A model generated the notes under the pieces. The model worked only from the letters and a program-made list of their open reading frames with translations. It had not been told where the DNA came from and searched no databases. A stretch of DNA of 64,000 nucleotides from NCBI GenBank assembly GCA_964616835.1, contig CAZTSG010000001.1, positions 8,830-72,829 on the forward strand. The letters run 5' to 3'. Shown here piece after piece: positions 17,483-27,155 of the stretch. The position numbers were made by a program, and so were the translations under genes. How positions within the stretch are numbered: the first letter of the stretch is position 1; each line of letters begins with the position of its first letter. This stretch comes from an uncultured Nitrososphaerota archaeon (GTDB lineage: Archaea > Thermoproteota > EX4484-205 > JAAOZP01).

Positions 17483-19384
17483 TTAAAGGGCTCTATAAGT
17501 CTCTAAAAGCCTCGGAGAATACACAGGGTCGCCGTAGAGCCTGCTGAGTATTCTCTTCATATTCTGTATTTTCTTAGCTTCCCCGTGAACTAGGAACAGA
17601 GGCCCCCTCTTAGTGTATACGCGCCTTACGTAGTTTAACAACTGGTTTCTGTCGGAATGCCCTGAGAACCCGTCCACTTTCTCAACAGTGCTCCTTATGG
17701 TGAGTGCCTCAACCTTCCCGCTGGAATTCTGGAAGGTAAGCTCTCTAAGCCCGTTTAAAACCCTGTTGCCCAGCGTCCCCTCTATCTGATAGTTTACGAA
17801 TATTATTGTAGACTCTTCTTGAGGTGCGACCAGTTTGAAGTATTCGAGCACCGGCCCGCCTTCCAGCATGCCGGAGGGCGAGAGTATTATGTTCCTTCTG
17901 CTCTCAGTTATCTCCTCTTTCGAGACAGAGTTCTTAACAGGTATTACATACTCGGATTTGAACGGGTTTAAACCATTGTTCATGAGGTTCCTAAGGTCTT
18001 TCGACAGATAGTTGGGGAATGAAGCGTGTATTGCAGTGACTTCTGAAATCATGCCGTCCACGTATATCGGTACCTCTGGTATTTTCTTGTTCCGTATAGC
18101 GTTGTCGAGTATTAGCATTATCTCCTGGGCTCTCCCGACGGCGAGCGTGGGGATGAGCACATTCCCGTTCTTGTCGAGCGTCGAGTTGACTAGGCTTATA
18201 AGCCGGTTCTCCACTTCTTCTCTCGGAGGCATTACGTCGTTCTGCCCCCCGTAGGTGCATTCCGTGATGAGCGTCTCAACCCTGGGAAACGTCGTAGAGG
18301 CATGTTCGAGAAGTATTGAACGGTCGTACTTCAAGTCTCCTGTGAAAACAATGTTGTGAAGCCCCTCCCCTATGTGAAGGTGTATTATTGCTGAGCCAAG
18401 TATGTGGCCGGCGTTTCTGAAAGTAAGCTTTATGTCGGGCGCGATATCCACCACTACACCGAATTTTACGGGGATAGTGTGTTGAAGTATCGTCCTAAGG
18501 TCTTTCAATTCGAAGAACGGTGTCACACCGTTCTTCTGAAGAACATCGTAGAGATCATTTAGGAGGAGGAACATTAAGTATACTGTGGGCTCAGTCATGT
18601 AGACCGGGCCCCGGTAGCCGTATTTGAAGAGCAGCGGGAGCCCTCCCATGTGGTCAAGGTGAGCATGCGATATGACTACGGCATCTATGTTTTCAACGGA
18701 GATCGGAACCCTATCGATCCTTGGGAAGGCGTCTGAGAAAATGTTTGCCGCAGGGTTCATTCCGAAATCCATGAGCACGTTGCTCTCGTCGGTTGAGACG
18801 AGTATGCTCGACCTCCCAACTTGTTCAGCGCCGCCGAGGAAGGTTAGAGTAATGCTCTCGGTTTTGAAAAGCGTTCTCCTGAAGATTCTTTCCCCAACCT
18901 CCCGGAGTATTTTGAACCTTTCTTCAGCGCTCTGGTTGAACACGTACATTACCTGCGGGATAATCGTTGTGCTCAGGGGCGGGATCCTTATCACAACCGG
19001 TTTCCATCCTGTTTTAACCAGTATCTCGTTAAGAATCTTCTCGCCAAGCTCTTCAACAGCATCGGGATTTCTCACTGAGATAAGTACTTCTCCAAAAACT
19101 TCGTTGAACACTACTGCCTCTAGGCCCGCCTTCTGGGGAACTATCTGCCTAATAGCCTTCTCAGTCTCCTCCTTAGGCAGCCTGACCGATGCGGCGGGCC
19201 TTACGATTATCCTCTTCCTAAGCTGTTTCGCAACCTCCGCCAGTACTTGCTGCCCCCTAGCTAGGAAATCAAGATTCTCAATGTAAACAGCTATAGTGGG
19301 CCCCTCCATCTCTATGCTGACTATCTTCGCATCCCTAGGAATCTTCTCGAAGATGACTTCCTTAATGCTGTTTTCAGAGCTCAT
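17483..19384 (-). CDS. fttA: beta-CASP RNase aCPSF1 / transcription termination factor FttA (KH domains + metallo-beta-lactamase + beta-CASP)
   Basis: 633 aa. MBL motif VISHAHLDHMGG. N-terminal KH-like region. Conserved linkage with the proteasome beta gene, whose stop overlaps this gene's start. Confidence 0.85.
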   Translation of the reverse strand: MSSENSIKEVIFEKIPRDAKIVSIEMEGPTIAVYIENLDFLARGQQVLAEVAKQLRKRIIVRPAASVRLPKEETEKAIRQIVPQKAGLEAVVFNEVFGEVLISVRNPDAVEELGEKILNEILVKTGWKPVVIRIPPLSTTIIPQVMYVFNQSAEERFKILREVGERIFRRTLFKTESITLTFLGGAEQVGRSSILVSTDESNVLMDFGMNPAANIFSDAFPRIDRVPISVENIDAVVISHAHLDHMGGLPLLFKYGYRGPVYMTEPTVYLMFLLLNDLYDVLQKNGVTPFFELKDLRTILQHTIPVKFGVVVDIAPDIKLTFRNAGHILGSAIIHLHIGEGLHNIVFTGDLKYDRSILLEHASTTFPRVETLITECTYGGQNDVMPPREEVENRLISLVNSTLDKNGNVLIPTLAVGRAQEIMLILDNAIRNKKIPEVPIYVDGMISEVTAIHASFPNYLSKDLRNLMNNGLNPFKSEYVIPVKNSVSKEEITESRRNIILSPSGMLEGGPVLEYFKLVAPQEESTIIFVNYQIEGTLGNRVLNGLRELTFQNSSGKVEALTIRSTVEKVDGFSGHSDRNQLLNYVRRVYTKRGPLFLVHGEAKKIQNMKRILSRLYGDPVYSPRLLETYRAL

Positions 19385-20145
19385 GCTGGCTTTACGTACC
19401 TCGCCTTCTCCTCCGGACTAAGCTCCCTGCAGCCCTTTGAGTCAACCACCATGACTTCGAAGTCATTACCGGTTGCAGTATCCCTCTGCATAGCCGCCAG
19501 TATTGCTTTGATCGCTGTGGGTATGGCTGACGAAGTGTCTATTGGAGTCTTGAGCTCCGCCTCCAGGTAGCCTAGGGCAACCGGGGAGCCTGACCCAGAG
19601 CCTGCGAAAACTTCTTTCGAAAACCCTCCGAGGGGGTCGAGCACGTAGAGGCTGGCGCCATCCCTATCGTAGCCGCCTATCATCAATTGTATGTAGAGCG
19701 GCGCCATCCGCGTGGAGGAGAGTATTATTGAAGCTATGTTTGCAGCGGCCTTAACAGGCATGTTTATGCCTCTCTCAAGCTTGTAAGTCCTCGCCTCCCA
19801 TTGAAGCGCCGCTATGAGTGCCTGCGCGTCAGCAACTCCTCCGGAGATGGTTGCAGCTATGTAATCGTCTATTTTAAGGATCTTCTTACCCCTTTTATGA
19901 GCTATGAAATAGTAGCCTTGCACGACCCTGGTGTCGGAGGCAAATATAACGCCGTCTCTACAGGATATTCCGACTGTAGTAGTCCCCCAGACGGGGGAAA
20001 CGCTTCCTGCTTTACCAAACCTTTTAGTAATGTTCTCCAAATCTCTTAACACCTCTAGAACCTTAGACCGAATCCTTAGGGAAAGGCTTAAAGATAAACC
20101 TTTCCCTGAAAACCTGTCAGGCTGTTGAAAGACAAGAGTAGGCAC
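19381..20145 (-). CDS. psmB: proteasome subunit beta (catalytically competent; propeptide then TTTVG)
   Basis: VWG|TTTVGISCRDGVIFASDTRV with Thr1, Asp17 and Lys33 conserved. The annotated start overlaps the divergent egsA start, so the real start is probably downstream (non-ATG). Confidence 0.8.
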   Translation of the reverse strand: MPTLVFQQPDRFSGKGLSLSLSLRIRSKVLEVLRDLENITKRFGKAGSVSPVWGTTTVGISCRDGVIFASDTRVVQGYYFIAHKRGKKILKIDDYIAATISGGVADAQALIAALQWEARTYKLERGINMPVKAAANIASIILSSTRMAPLYIQLMIGGYDRDGASLYVLDPLGGFSKEVFAGSGSGSPVALGYLEAELKTPIDTSSAIPTAIKAILAAMQRDTATGNDFEVMVVDSKGCRELSPEEKARYVKPA

Positions 20146-21189
20146 GTGATAAGTCTTCCCCGGCGCATAATACTTGGGGACGGGGCTGTAGACGACCTTG
20201 ACTCAAGCATAAGGGAGACGGGTGTGAAGAAAATCATTGTTCTGATGAGCAAAACCCCTTTAAAGATACTTGGTGACAGGATAAGGAAGATACTTGCTGG
20301 AAACGGCCTTCCGTTTAAAATAGTGCTCGTAGGGGGCGGGGACTCTTTCTCAGAGGCTAAGAGGATTGAAAAACTTTTCCTCCGTAGCAAGAGGGATAAG
20401 GCTGTTATCGTCAGCGTCGGAGGAGGTAGGGTAATAGATGCAGGCAAGATCATCGCGTGGAGGAGAGGCTTAGAATTCATAAGCGTCCCAACGGTTCCTT
20501 CTCACGACGGGATTGCAAGCCCCCTGGCCTCGGCCCCCAGGGGGAAGAGAAGATATTCTTTCTACACAGTCATGCCCTCTGTGATAATAGGGGACGTGTC
20601 TATTCTCGCTGCCGCACCCGACAGGTACTTCGGCTCGGGAGTGGGCGACCTCGTGGCTAAGTATACTGCGGTGAGAGACTGGCGTCTCTCCCACTCGCTC
20701 AGAGGAGAGTATTACGGCGAGTACGCTGCAAGCCTCGCGGAAAACATTGCGGACAGGATTATGAAATGCGCAGACATTATTGCGAGCGACAAGTTTGAGG
20801 GGGCGAGCATACTGATAGAGGCGCTCATACACTGCGGTGTCCTAATAGGCATAGCTGGGAGCAGCAGGCCCTGCAGCGGCTCGGAGCATCTCTTCAGCCA
20901 CGCGCTGGACCTCGTCGCTGGATACCCTGCTCTCCACGGTGAGCAAGTGGGTATTGGAACGATAATGATGAGCAAGCTTCACAACTGCGACTGGGAAAGA
21001 GTGAGGGAAACATTGTTAACAGTCAAGGCTCCTGTCTCAGCTAAGGACATCAACGTTCAAGAGAAGAAGGTAATCGAAGCACTAACCATAGCGCACACGA
21101 TAAGGCCTGAGAGATACACTATCCTGGGCGACAAGGGTTTGACGAGGAAGGCGGCTGAAGAGCTTGCCAGAAGCACCATGGTAATATGA
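20125..21189 (+). CDS. egsA: glycerol-1-phosphate dehydrogenase [NAD(P)+]
   Basis: 354 aa with TTG start. Strong similarity to archaeal EgsA throughout: SVGGGRVIDAGK, PSHDGIASP, AGSSRPCSGSEHLFSHALD, HGEQVGIGTIMM and ALTIAHTIRPERYTILGD. Confidence 0.8.
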   Translation: MKDKSRHVISLPRRIILGDGAVDDLDSSIRETGVKKIIVLMSKTPLKILGDRIRKILAGNGLPFKIVLVGGGDSFSEAKRIEKLFLRSKRDKAVIVSVGGGRVIDAGKIIAWRRGLEFISVPTVPSHDGIASPLASAPRGKRRYSFYTVMPSVIIGDVSILAAAPDRYFGSGVGDLVAKYTAVRDWRLSHSLRGEYYGEYAASLAENIADRIMKCADIIASDKFEGASILIEALIHCGVLIGIAGSSRPCSGSEHLFSHALDLVAGYPALHGEQVGIGTIMMSKLHNCDWERVRETLLTVKAPVSAKDINVQEKKVIEALTIAHTIRPERYTILGDKGLTRKAAEELARSTMVI

Positions 21190-21641
21190 TCCTGAAAATG
21201 GCGAAGTACATCTACTTAAGCCGGGGGATCAGGCCTGGGAGCGTCTTCACATACGTGGGTGAAGCATACGAGTGTATGCAGTGCAGCAACAGGGGGCGTT
21301 GCCACGGCGCATTAAGCATGGGCTTCGCATACAGGGTTGAGAGGACAACGGAGGGGGAGGGCGTGTACTGCATTCTCAGGGGTGACGAAGTAGTCCCGTA
21401 CGAGGCTTCCCTGGAACCACTGGTTCTTCTAGCGCCCTCGGGGAGGGTTAAAGAGGGGGCTGTGATGGAGCTTAGGCTCGACGACGCGTTCTGCAAGACG
21501 GATTGCGAGAGAATAGGGGAGTGCCCCATCCTGTTCAACGTTCTCATCGCGGGCCGTAGGGTTAAGGTTCTGGAGAGGCTCGGCGGCTTCGACTGCCCGG
21601 AGAGGAAACTAGTCCTGATTAAGGCTGAAATCCTTGATTAG
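21186..21641 (+). CDS. Cys-rich hypothetical protein (UPF0179-like?)
   Basis: 151 aa with multiple Cys (CMQCSNRGRCHG ... CKTDCERIGECP ... C). Start overlaps the egsA stop (ATGA). Confidence 0.3.
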   Translation: MILKMAKYIYLSRGIRPGSVFTYVGEAYECMQCSNRGRCHGALSMGFAYRVERTTEGEGVYCILRGDEVVPYEASLEPLVLLAPSGRVKEGAVMELRLDDAFCKTDCERIGECPILFNVLIAGRRVKVLERLGGFDCPERKLVLIKAEILD

Positions 21642-21647
21642 AGCGTT

Positions 21648-22367
21648 TTAAGAAGCCGTCCTCTCCTCTAGAGTTTTCTCAGCCGGCTCCCCGGGTGTTG
21701 CGAAAACATCCATGAACCTTACAGTCTTAACCCCCTTAATAATGCTCGTAACATCCTCGAAAACAGCCTTCTTGATTTGCTGAATGCCTTCTGAAAACAA
21801 AACCTTGTCTGGGAGCCTTACAGTAACAATATCCCCCTCCTTATCCACCTGCACCTCTTCTACGGAAGCCTCTGGGAGACGCCTGTTAACCAGGTACTTT
21901 ACCTTCTCCACATCGTCCTCCAGAACCCTCACTATCTTAAACCTGTAGATGAGCGTCTTACCGGCTAGCGGCGGGTTGAAATCAACCTGAACCCGCCCGC
22001 CGCTAATGTTTCTCACAATGCCTATTCTCCCATCCACCTCAACCAACGTACCCGGGGAAAGCTCCTGGGGTCTTGCAAACCTTCTCGCAGCGTAGGTCTT
22101 AACCTTGTTAGGGTCTCTGAAGCCGTATGCTTTCTCCGGGGGTATTTCAACAGTCCTCTCGACGCCGACTTCGCTCCTCAGCAATTCCTCCTCCCAACTC
22201 TCTAGGACCCATTTCCCCCCTAGGTAAACCAGCTTGGGAGAATACTTTTCACCCTCCTTGTATATCGATGCTTTCTTCGCCTCCTCCTCTATCGTCGTCT
22301 CTATGACGCTGCCTGTCTCCTTCACCGTGAGCGTGTAATCCACTAGTATTAGAGACCCTGTTTCCAT
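21648..22367 (-). CDS. FKBP-type peptidyl-prolyl cis-trans isomerase (long archaeal type)
   Basis: N-terminal FKBP fold signature LVDYTLTVKETGSVIETTIEEEAKKASIY, then an IF/insert domain and C-terminal domain. 239 aa. Confidence 0.65.
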   Translation of the reverse strand: METGSLILVDYTLTVKETGSVIETTIEEEAKKASIYKEGEKYSPKLVYLGGKWVLESWEEELLRSEVGVERTVEIPPEKAYGFRDPNKVKTYAARRFARPQELSPGTLVEVDGRIGIVRNISGGRVQVDFNPPLAGKTLIYRFKIVRVLEDDVEKVKYLVNRRLPEASVEEVQVDKEGDIVTVRLPDKVLFSEGIQQIKKAVFEDVTSIIKGVKTVRFMDVFATPGEPAEKTLEERTAS

Positions 22368-22413
22368 TCCTTGGGGACTGGCCTGCGGAACCGCTTATAA
22401 ATACTCTCCCGGC

Positions 22414-22971
22414 TTAAAAAGCCTCGTCGGAAGACGTTAAAGCCCTTATCCTCTCAACACCCTGTATGCTCCCTATGTACTCGAATACCTTCTTAGGAAC
22501 CAGTTGGCTCCAGTCCTCGCCCGATAGTATTCTCCTCCTTATCTCTACGCCGGAGTATTTCTCGCGCTCAAGGTACGGTATAGGCCTAACTTCGTAGCCT
22601 GCCTCGGTGAAAAGCCTCTTGGTGAAAGGCTGGTTGGTATACACTATTTCGAAGGGCGGCGACATGGCTTCAACAATCTTTACCCATAGGAAGTGCATAG
22701 CCGGCACATCGGGGACACCGGTTACGATGCACCTCCCACTATCTATGCCAGTTTCTTCGAAGGCGAGACGCAGCATCTGGAGCCTTTCCCCGAACGTGAA
22801 TGGATTATCCTTCTCATGGCTCGTCAGAGAGCTTCCCACAGCTATGATGACGCAGCCGTGGTTTGAAAGAATGTGCTTTATAGCGTGCACGTGACCGTTG
22901 TGAACAGGCTGGAAGCGGCCGATGTAGAGAGGGTTCCTCCCCATTCCGAACCCTTTAGCTCGCTGGAGCAT
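22414..22971 (-). CDS. nadM: nicotinamide-nucleotide adenylyltransferase (archaeal NMNAT)
   Basis: Signature YIGRFQPVHNGHVHAI (GRFQPxHxGH). 185 aa. Confidence 0.8.
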   Translation of the reverse strand: MLQRAKGFGMGRNPLYIGRFQPVHNGHVHAIKHILSNHGCVIIAVGSSLTSHEKDNPFTFGERLQMLRLAFEETGIDSGRCIVTGVPDVPAMHFLWVKIVEAMSPPFEIVYTNQPFTKRLFTEAGYEVRPIPYLEREKYSGVEIRRRILSGEDWSQLVPKKVFEYIGSIQGVERIRALTSSDEAF

Positions 22972-22994
22972 TGATAAACATTAGCCTGCTCCGA

Positions 22995-24083
22995 TTAACG
23001 CTTAAAACCTGCTCCACTAACCCTGTAGCCCCCGGGCGAGCCTACTTCACCGTATACTTTGAACCTTACCGGTAGGAAGAGCTCTACGAGACTTATTGTC
23101 GTCAGAGTATGCAGCGTAACCTCATGCGTCCTCAAGGCTGAAACCCCGTCTGCGAGAGCCGCGTAGACAACAAGCTGGTCGGCAAGGTTCCTGTCTGCAG
23201 GAGCCCTTTGCTCAACCTGTCTGATGAACTCTGAAACCGCCTCGCCGCCAACCTTCTCAGAAGGCTTACCCCTCTCCCCCAGCGCGCTTGATGCGAAAAC
23301 CGTGCCGTCCCCAAGCGTCCCGATTATCAATACTCCGCAGCCAGGGTCTAGGGAGGCATTAGGCTCCTCCCCGCTCAGAACCTCGTACTCTACCGTCGGC
23401 TCAACCCCGAGCCTGCTCCTTATCTGGGAGGAGGCTGAGCCCGCGATCCTCTCGGCCACGTGCCTCGGCAGCTTGGAGCTGTAGACGAAAACCCTAACGC
23501 TCTTCAAGCCTGGGAAATCGGTGATTTGAAAAGGCTTTAGGCGCTCGACAGGCCTTGACCTAAACCGCACTATCCCCCCGCCCCTCGGGTAGAAACCTCT
23601 CCGCTCAACGCTTAAGTCGACTACGTAACCCGTTCTCGAAAGATTCCTCGCCAAGACTTCTCTAACATAGTCTATGGGGGGTGCCCTAGGGTTGTCAGTA
23701 CCCCCTTTGAGAACCAGCGTAACCTCTCTCCCGGAGAAAGCTAGGACGGGCATCATTGCTTGAAGAACAAGAGATATGCTTCCGGCGGTGCCGACGTCAA
23801 GCTCGATGTCTGAAGCCTTGACTTCTCCGGGGTAGAAGAGTATCTGGCTGGAGCCAACGCTCAGCCCTTCAACCCTGGCCCCGGTTAGACTCGCCACAGC
23901 CTTCACGGCGGCGAGGTGCTGAGGCCTTAACCCAGGGTTTGAACGCTTAGCCCTGATGTTGAACACTCTAACCGGTTTCTTCAAGAGTGCTGAAAGAGCC
24001 ACGGCTGTCCTTAAGACCTGCCCGCCGCCCTCGCCCATGGAGCCGTCTATTTCAAGCGTTTCAACCATGCTGAGGCTTCCCAC
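22995..24083 (-). CDS. rtcA: RNA 3'-terminal phosphate cyclase
   Basis: N-terminal GSMGEGGGQVLRTAVALSAL, matching the RtcA signature. 362 aa. Confidence 0.8.
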   Translation of the reverse strand: MGSLSMVETLEIDGSMGEGGGQVLRTAVALSALLKKPVRVFNIRAKRSNPGLRPQHLAAVKAVASLTGARVEGLSVGSSQILFYPGEVKASDIELDVGTAGSISLVLQAMMPVLAFSGREVTLVLKGGTDNPRAPPIDYVREVLARNLSRTGYVVDLSVERRGFYPRGGGIVRFRSRPVERLKPFQITDFPGLKSVRVFVYSSKLPRHVAERIAGSASSQIRSRLGVEPTVEYEVLSGEEPNASLDPGCGVLIIGTLGDGTVFASSALGERGKPSEKVGGEAVSEFIRQVEQRAPADRNLADQLVVYAALADGVSALRTHEVTLHTLTTISLVELFLPVRFKVYGEVGSPGGYRVSGAGFKR

Positions 24084-24119
24084 GCCCAGTCATAAAAGCT
24101 TATTTCCGACCCCGGCCGT

Positions 24120-24743
24120 ATGTGGAGCAAAGGTGAATTGCTGGGTATGGGTGAAATAGTGCCGGGTGCAACCGTCGTCGGGATAGTGTACGATAACGGT
24201 GTCATACTTGGTGCTGATAGGAGGGCGGCGTACGGCACTTTCGTAATCGGGAAATCGGTTAAGAAGATTTTTCAAATAACACCGCGGATAGGTCTCGCCT
24301 CAGCCGGATTGATCTCGGACGTCCAGACGATAGTGAGGGAGCTCAATTACCATGCTAGAATGTTCAAGTACAATACCTCTAGGGAGATAACTGCTAAAGC
24401 CCTTTCAAAACTATTGTCAAATATCCTCTTCGCGAACAGGCTTTTTCCACTCATAACTCAGACGCTCATAGGAGGGTTTACTTTCGACGCTCACGGAATA
24501 TACGTGCTGGACGCGCTGGGCTCAGTAATAGAGGACAAGTATGCTGCAGCGGGGAGCGGAACCGAGATAGCGCTCGGAATACTGGAGGCAGAGTACAGGG
24601 ATGGCATGAACAAGAGCGAAGCCAAGAACCTTGCGCTGAAAGCAATAAGAACAGCCCTGGAGAGGGATTCTGCAAGCGGGAACGGTATAGACCTCCTGAT
24701 AATAGATAGGGCTGGGACTGTGGAAGAGAACTACCCTGGTTAA
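24120..24743 (+). CDS. psmB: proteasome subunit beta paralog with Ala at the Thr1 position (probably non-catalytic)
   Basis: Aligns to beta subunits (G|ATVVGIVYDNGVILGADRRA ... GKSVKK) with Asp17 and Lys33 conserved. The nucleophile position reads Ala. Confidence 0.7.
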   Translation: MWSKGELLGMGEIVPGATVVGIVYDNGVILGADRRAAYGTFVIGKSVKKIFQITPRIGLASAGLISDVQTIVRELNYHARMFKYNTSREITAKALSKLLSNILFANRLFPLITQTLIGGFTFDAHGIYVLDALGSVIEDKYAAAGSGTEIALGILEAEYRDGMNKSEAKNLALKAIRTALERDSASGNGIDLLIIDRAGTVEENYPG

Positions 24744-24871
24744 ACCCCTTTTAAACGAATAATCCAAACTGGTTTCCTCGTCTTCATCCACCCTCTGCTC
24801 GGGAACATCGACCAATACCAAGACTTGAACGAGCTCGGAGCTTAAAAGACGATTGGAGAAAACCCAAGAGG

Positions 24872-25198
24872 ATGAGCGAGCGGCTCGAGGAATTAAAGAT
24901 TCTCGCGAGACACTACGGTGAGCTGAGGCACCAAGTAATAGCCAGCGTGAAGAAAATAAACGATTACTCCCTAATACTCTTCAAAGCATTCCTAGAGTAC
25001 GCGGAGAAAAGAAAAGGGGAGAACCTGGAGCCCCATGCTCTTCTAAACGAGTTTCTCAACACGCTGGCCCTAGACAGGGATGAGGACAGGGGGACAAGAG
25101 CCTCCCTAGCCAGAAGATTCTACAAGCTTGCTGAAAAACATGTTCGAAACCCCTGCGAGCAAAAAAGCCTCCTGCAATACCTTAAGCACCAACCATAG
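24872..25198 (+). CDS. hypothetical protein
   Basis: 108-aa ORF between the beta subunit gene and tuf. No family recognised. Confidence 0.3.
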   Translation: MSERLEELKILARHYGELRHQVIASVKKINDYSLILFKAFLEYAEKRKGENLEPHALLNEFLNTLALDRDEDRGTRASLARRFYKLAEKHVRNPCEQKSLLQYLKHQP

Positions 25199-25289
25199 AA
25201 CACCACTGTCTCCCGATCCCATTAAATCAAACCATTATCTTACAGTGAAAAACCGTCGAAAGATATTTGGGTCTATCGCTTTAGAGAAA

Positions 25290-25305
25290 ACATTGAAAAA
25301 ACAAG
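25290..25305 (-). terminator. oligo-T tract just downstream of tuf
   Basis: The plus-strand A7 run (gaaaaaac, ~25295-25301) is a T7 run on the tuf transcript, about 16 nt past the stop. Confidence 0.35.
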
Positions 25306-25316
25306 TTGCGGGGAAA

Positions 25317-26642
25317 CTACTTGGCTTCGAAAGGAACCTTCTCAGGAATCTCAGTCACGATGCCGGCGGCGACCGTCATACCCATGTCTCTGATCGCAAA
25401 CCTGCCGAGCTGCGGAAACTCAGAGTAAACCTCGATGGCAATCGGCCTCAGGGGCCTGAACTTGACGATAGCAGCGTCACCAGTCTTCAAGAAGTCAGGC
25501 TTCTCCTGAATAACCGCGCCAGTACGAGGGTCAATCTTCTTCAGAAGCTCCTCGAAGGTGCAGGCAACCTGCTCAGTATGCACGTGAAGCACAGGAGTAT
25601 AGCCCGCAGCAATAGCAGTAGGATGCCTGATAACGATAATCCTGCCTACGAAAGCCTTCGCGACAGTCGGCGGGTTCTCAGGATACCCCATAACCATACC
25701 TCTCCTCAACTCCTGCTTGGAAACACCCTTGACAGCCATGCCGACATTGTCACCGGGCTCAGCCTTCTCAAGCTGCGTATGATGCATCTCAATAGTCTTC
25801 AGCTCAACAATCTTATCCAGAGGCCTAATGACAACCCTAGTGTTAGGCTTCAACACACCGGTCTCAACCCTGCCCGCGGGAACAGTGCCAACACCCGGAA
25901 TAGTGAAAACCTGCTGAAGAGGAATCCTCAAAGGCTTGTCAACAGGCCTAGGCGGAGGCTGAAACGCGTCGAGAGCCTCAATCAAAGTAGGACCCTTATA
26001 CCAAGGCATCTTATCACTAGGCTTAACAAGATTATCACCAGTCCAGCCGCTGATAGGAATAATCGGAATCGGGTTCTTCTCAAGGTTAAAGCCGATACGC
26101 CTCAGCAAATCCTCAATGTTCTTCTTAACCTCGTTAAACCTGTCCTCGCCCCAATTAACAGAAGGATCATCCATCTTGTTAACGCCAATAACAATCTGTC
26201 TAACACCCAAAGTGAAAAGCAGAAAAGCATGCTCAGTAGTCTGGCCCTCAGGACTCACACCAGCCTCGAACTCACCCTTCTTCGCAGACACAATCAGCAA
26301 AGCACTATCAGCCTGACTAGCACCAGTAATCATATTCTTCACAAAATCACGGTGGCCAGGCGCATCAATGATCGTATAGTAATATTTCTTTGTTTCAAAC
26401 TTCACGTACGCAGCATCAATAGTAACACCACGCTCACGCTCCTCCTTCAACTTATCCAGCACCCACGCAAACTTGAAAGTATCCCCGAGACCAGTCTTAG
26501 CAGACTCAGCCTCCAGCTCCCTCATCTTCCTCTCATCAACGTAACCAGTCAAGTAAAGCAAGTGACCAGTAGTAGTACTCTTGCCGTGGTCCACATGTCC
26601 GCAAACGACGAGATTTAGGTGTGGTTTGCTTGACGAACTCAT
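25317..26642 (-). CDS. tuf: translation elongation factor 1-alpha (aEF-1A)
   Basis: G-domain motifs GHVDHGKST, DAPGH and NKMD. 441 aa. Confidence 0.95.
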   Translation of the reverse strand: MSSSSKPHLNLVVCGHVDHGKSTTTGHLLYLTGYVDERKMRELEAESAKTGLGDTFKFAWVLDKLKEERERGVTIDAAYVKFETKKYYYTIIDAPGHRDFVKNMITGASQADSALLIVSAKKGEFEAGVSPEGQTTEHAFLLFTLGVRQIVIGVNKMDDPSVNWGEDRFNEVKKNIEDLLRRIGFNLEKNPIPIIPISGWTGDNLVKPSDKMPWYKGPTLIEALDAFQPPPRPVDKPLRIPLQQVFTIPGVGTVPAGRVETGVLKPNTRVVIRPLDKIVELKTIEMHHTQLEKAEPGDNVGMAVKGVSKQELRRGMVMGYPENPPTVAKAFVGRIIVIRHPTAIAAGYTPVLHVHTEQVACTFEELLKKIDPRTGAVIQEKPDFLKTGDAAIVKFRPLRPIAIEVYSEFPQLGRFAIRDMGMTVAAGIVTEIPEKVPFEAK

Positions 26643-26649
26643 TTTTCTT

Positions 26650-26700
26650 TCCTCCCTTGCTGTTTCATTAGCCTGATGGGGGGCTATTTAAGGTTTAAGG
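26650..26700 (-). promoter_or_regulatory. putative tuf promoter (TATA-like TTAAATA) and Shine-Dalgarno GGGAGG
   Basis: The reverse complement of 26643-26700 reads ccTTAAATAgcccccc...gcaagGGAGGaaagaaaaATG, with SD at -12 and a TATA-like element upstream. Confidence 0.3.
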
Positions 26701-27123
26701 TTTCATTATGGCAGTGATTTTTTACTGAGTGCTTTTTTTAGTTGTTTTTCCTGAGGGTGGTTGGGCGATGTGTTTAGCGTTGCTTTCTTTTCAAGATTCT
26801 CTATAAGTAAAATTTGGACAGTGGGGCTCTTCAAGCAAGCCTTCAGGCTGGCTTTCTTTCATACTAACGTTTATGTAAATCGTAAATCCGACTAAGACTC
26901 GGAGGCAGTTATGCTTAAAAGAATATTCGCATCTTATTGTTAGTGGATGGGCGTTAGGGAGCGCTTCATAAGCTCGATAGAGTACCTCCGCAAACTAGGG
27001 TTCTTCGAAGAATTGCTGGAAACGATTGAGGTTATGCAGGATGAGGATCTGAGTGGTTGAAAAAACAGGCTAGCATTTCTTTTCACCATAGTTCAAAAAT
27101 GGCTGGGTTGCTAGTGTCGCAAA

Positions 27124-27155
27124 AGTTTATAAATTATAATTCATAATTCATAATT
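27124..27155 (+). promoter_or_regulatory. direct-repeat operator/TATA region upstream of vapB
   Basis: tttataaattataattcataattcataatt contains the tandem unit ataattc/ataattcataatt directly abutting the vapB start. Confidence 0.35.

Noticed and set aside
18672-19286. 204-aa plus-strand ORF
   Set aside because: It lies antisense to the aCPSF1/FttA gene and carries no motifs.
25128-26618. 496-aa ORF on the plus strand
   Set aside because: It lies entirely antisense to the strongly supported EF-1alpha gene and has low-complexity Arg/Leu/Asn-rich composition. This is a typical shadow ORF.
26643-27155. C/D box sRNA near aggatgaggatctgagtgg (~27040-27060)
   Set aside because: It has only a loose ATGAGGA/CTGA resemblance. 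No properly spaced C, D', C', D boxes or terminal stem could be found by eye.
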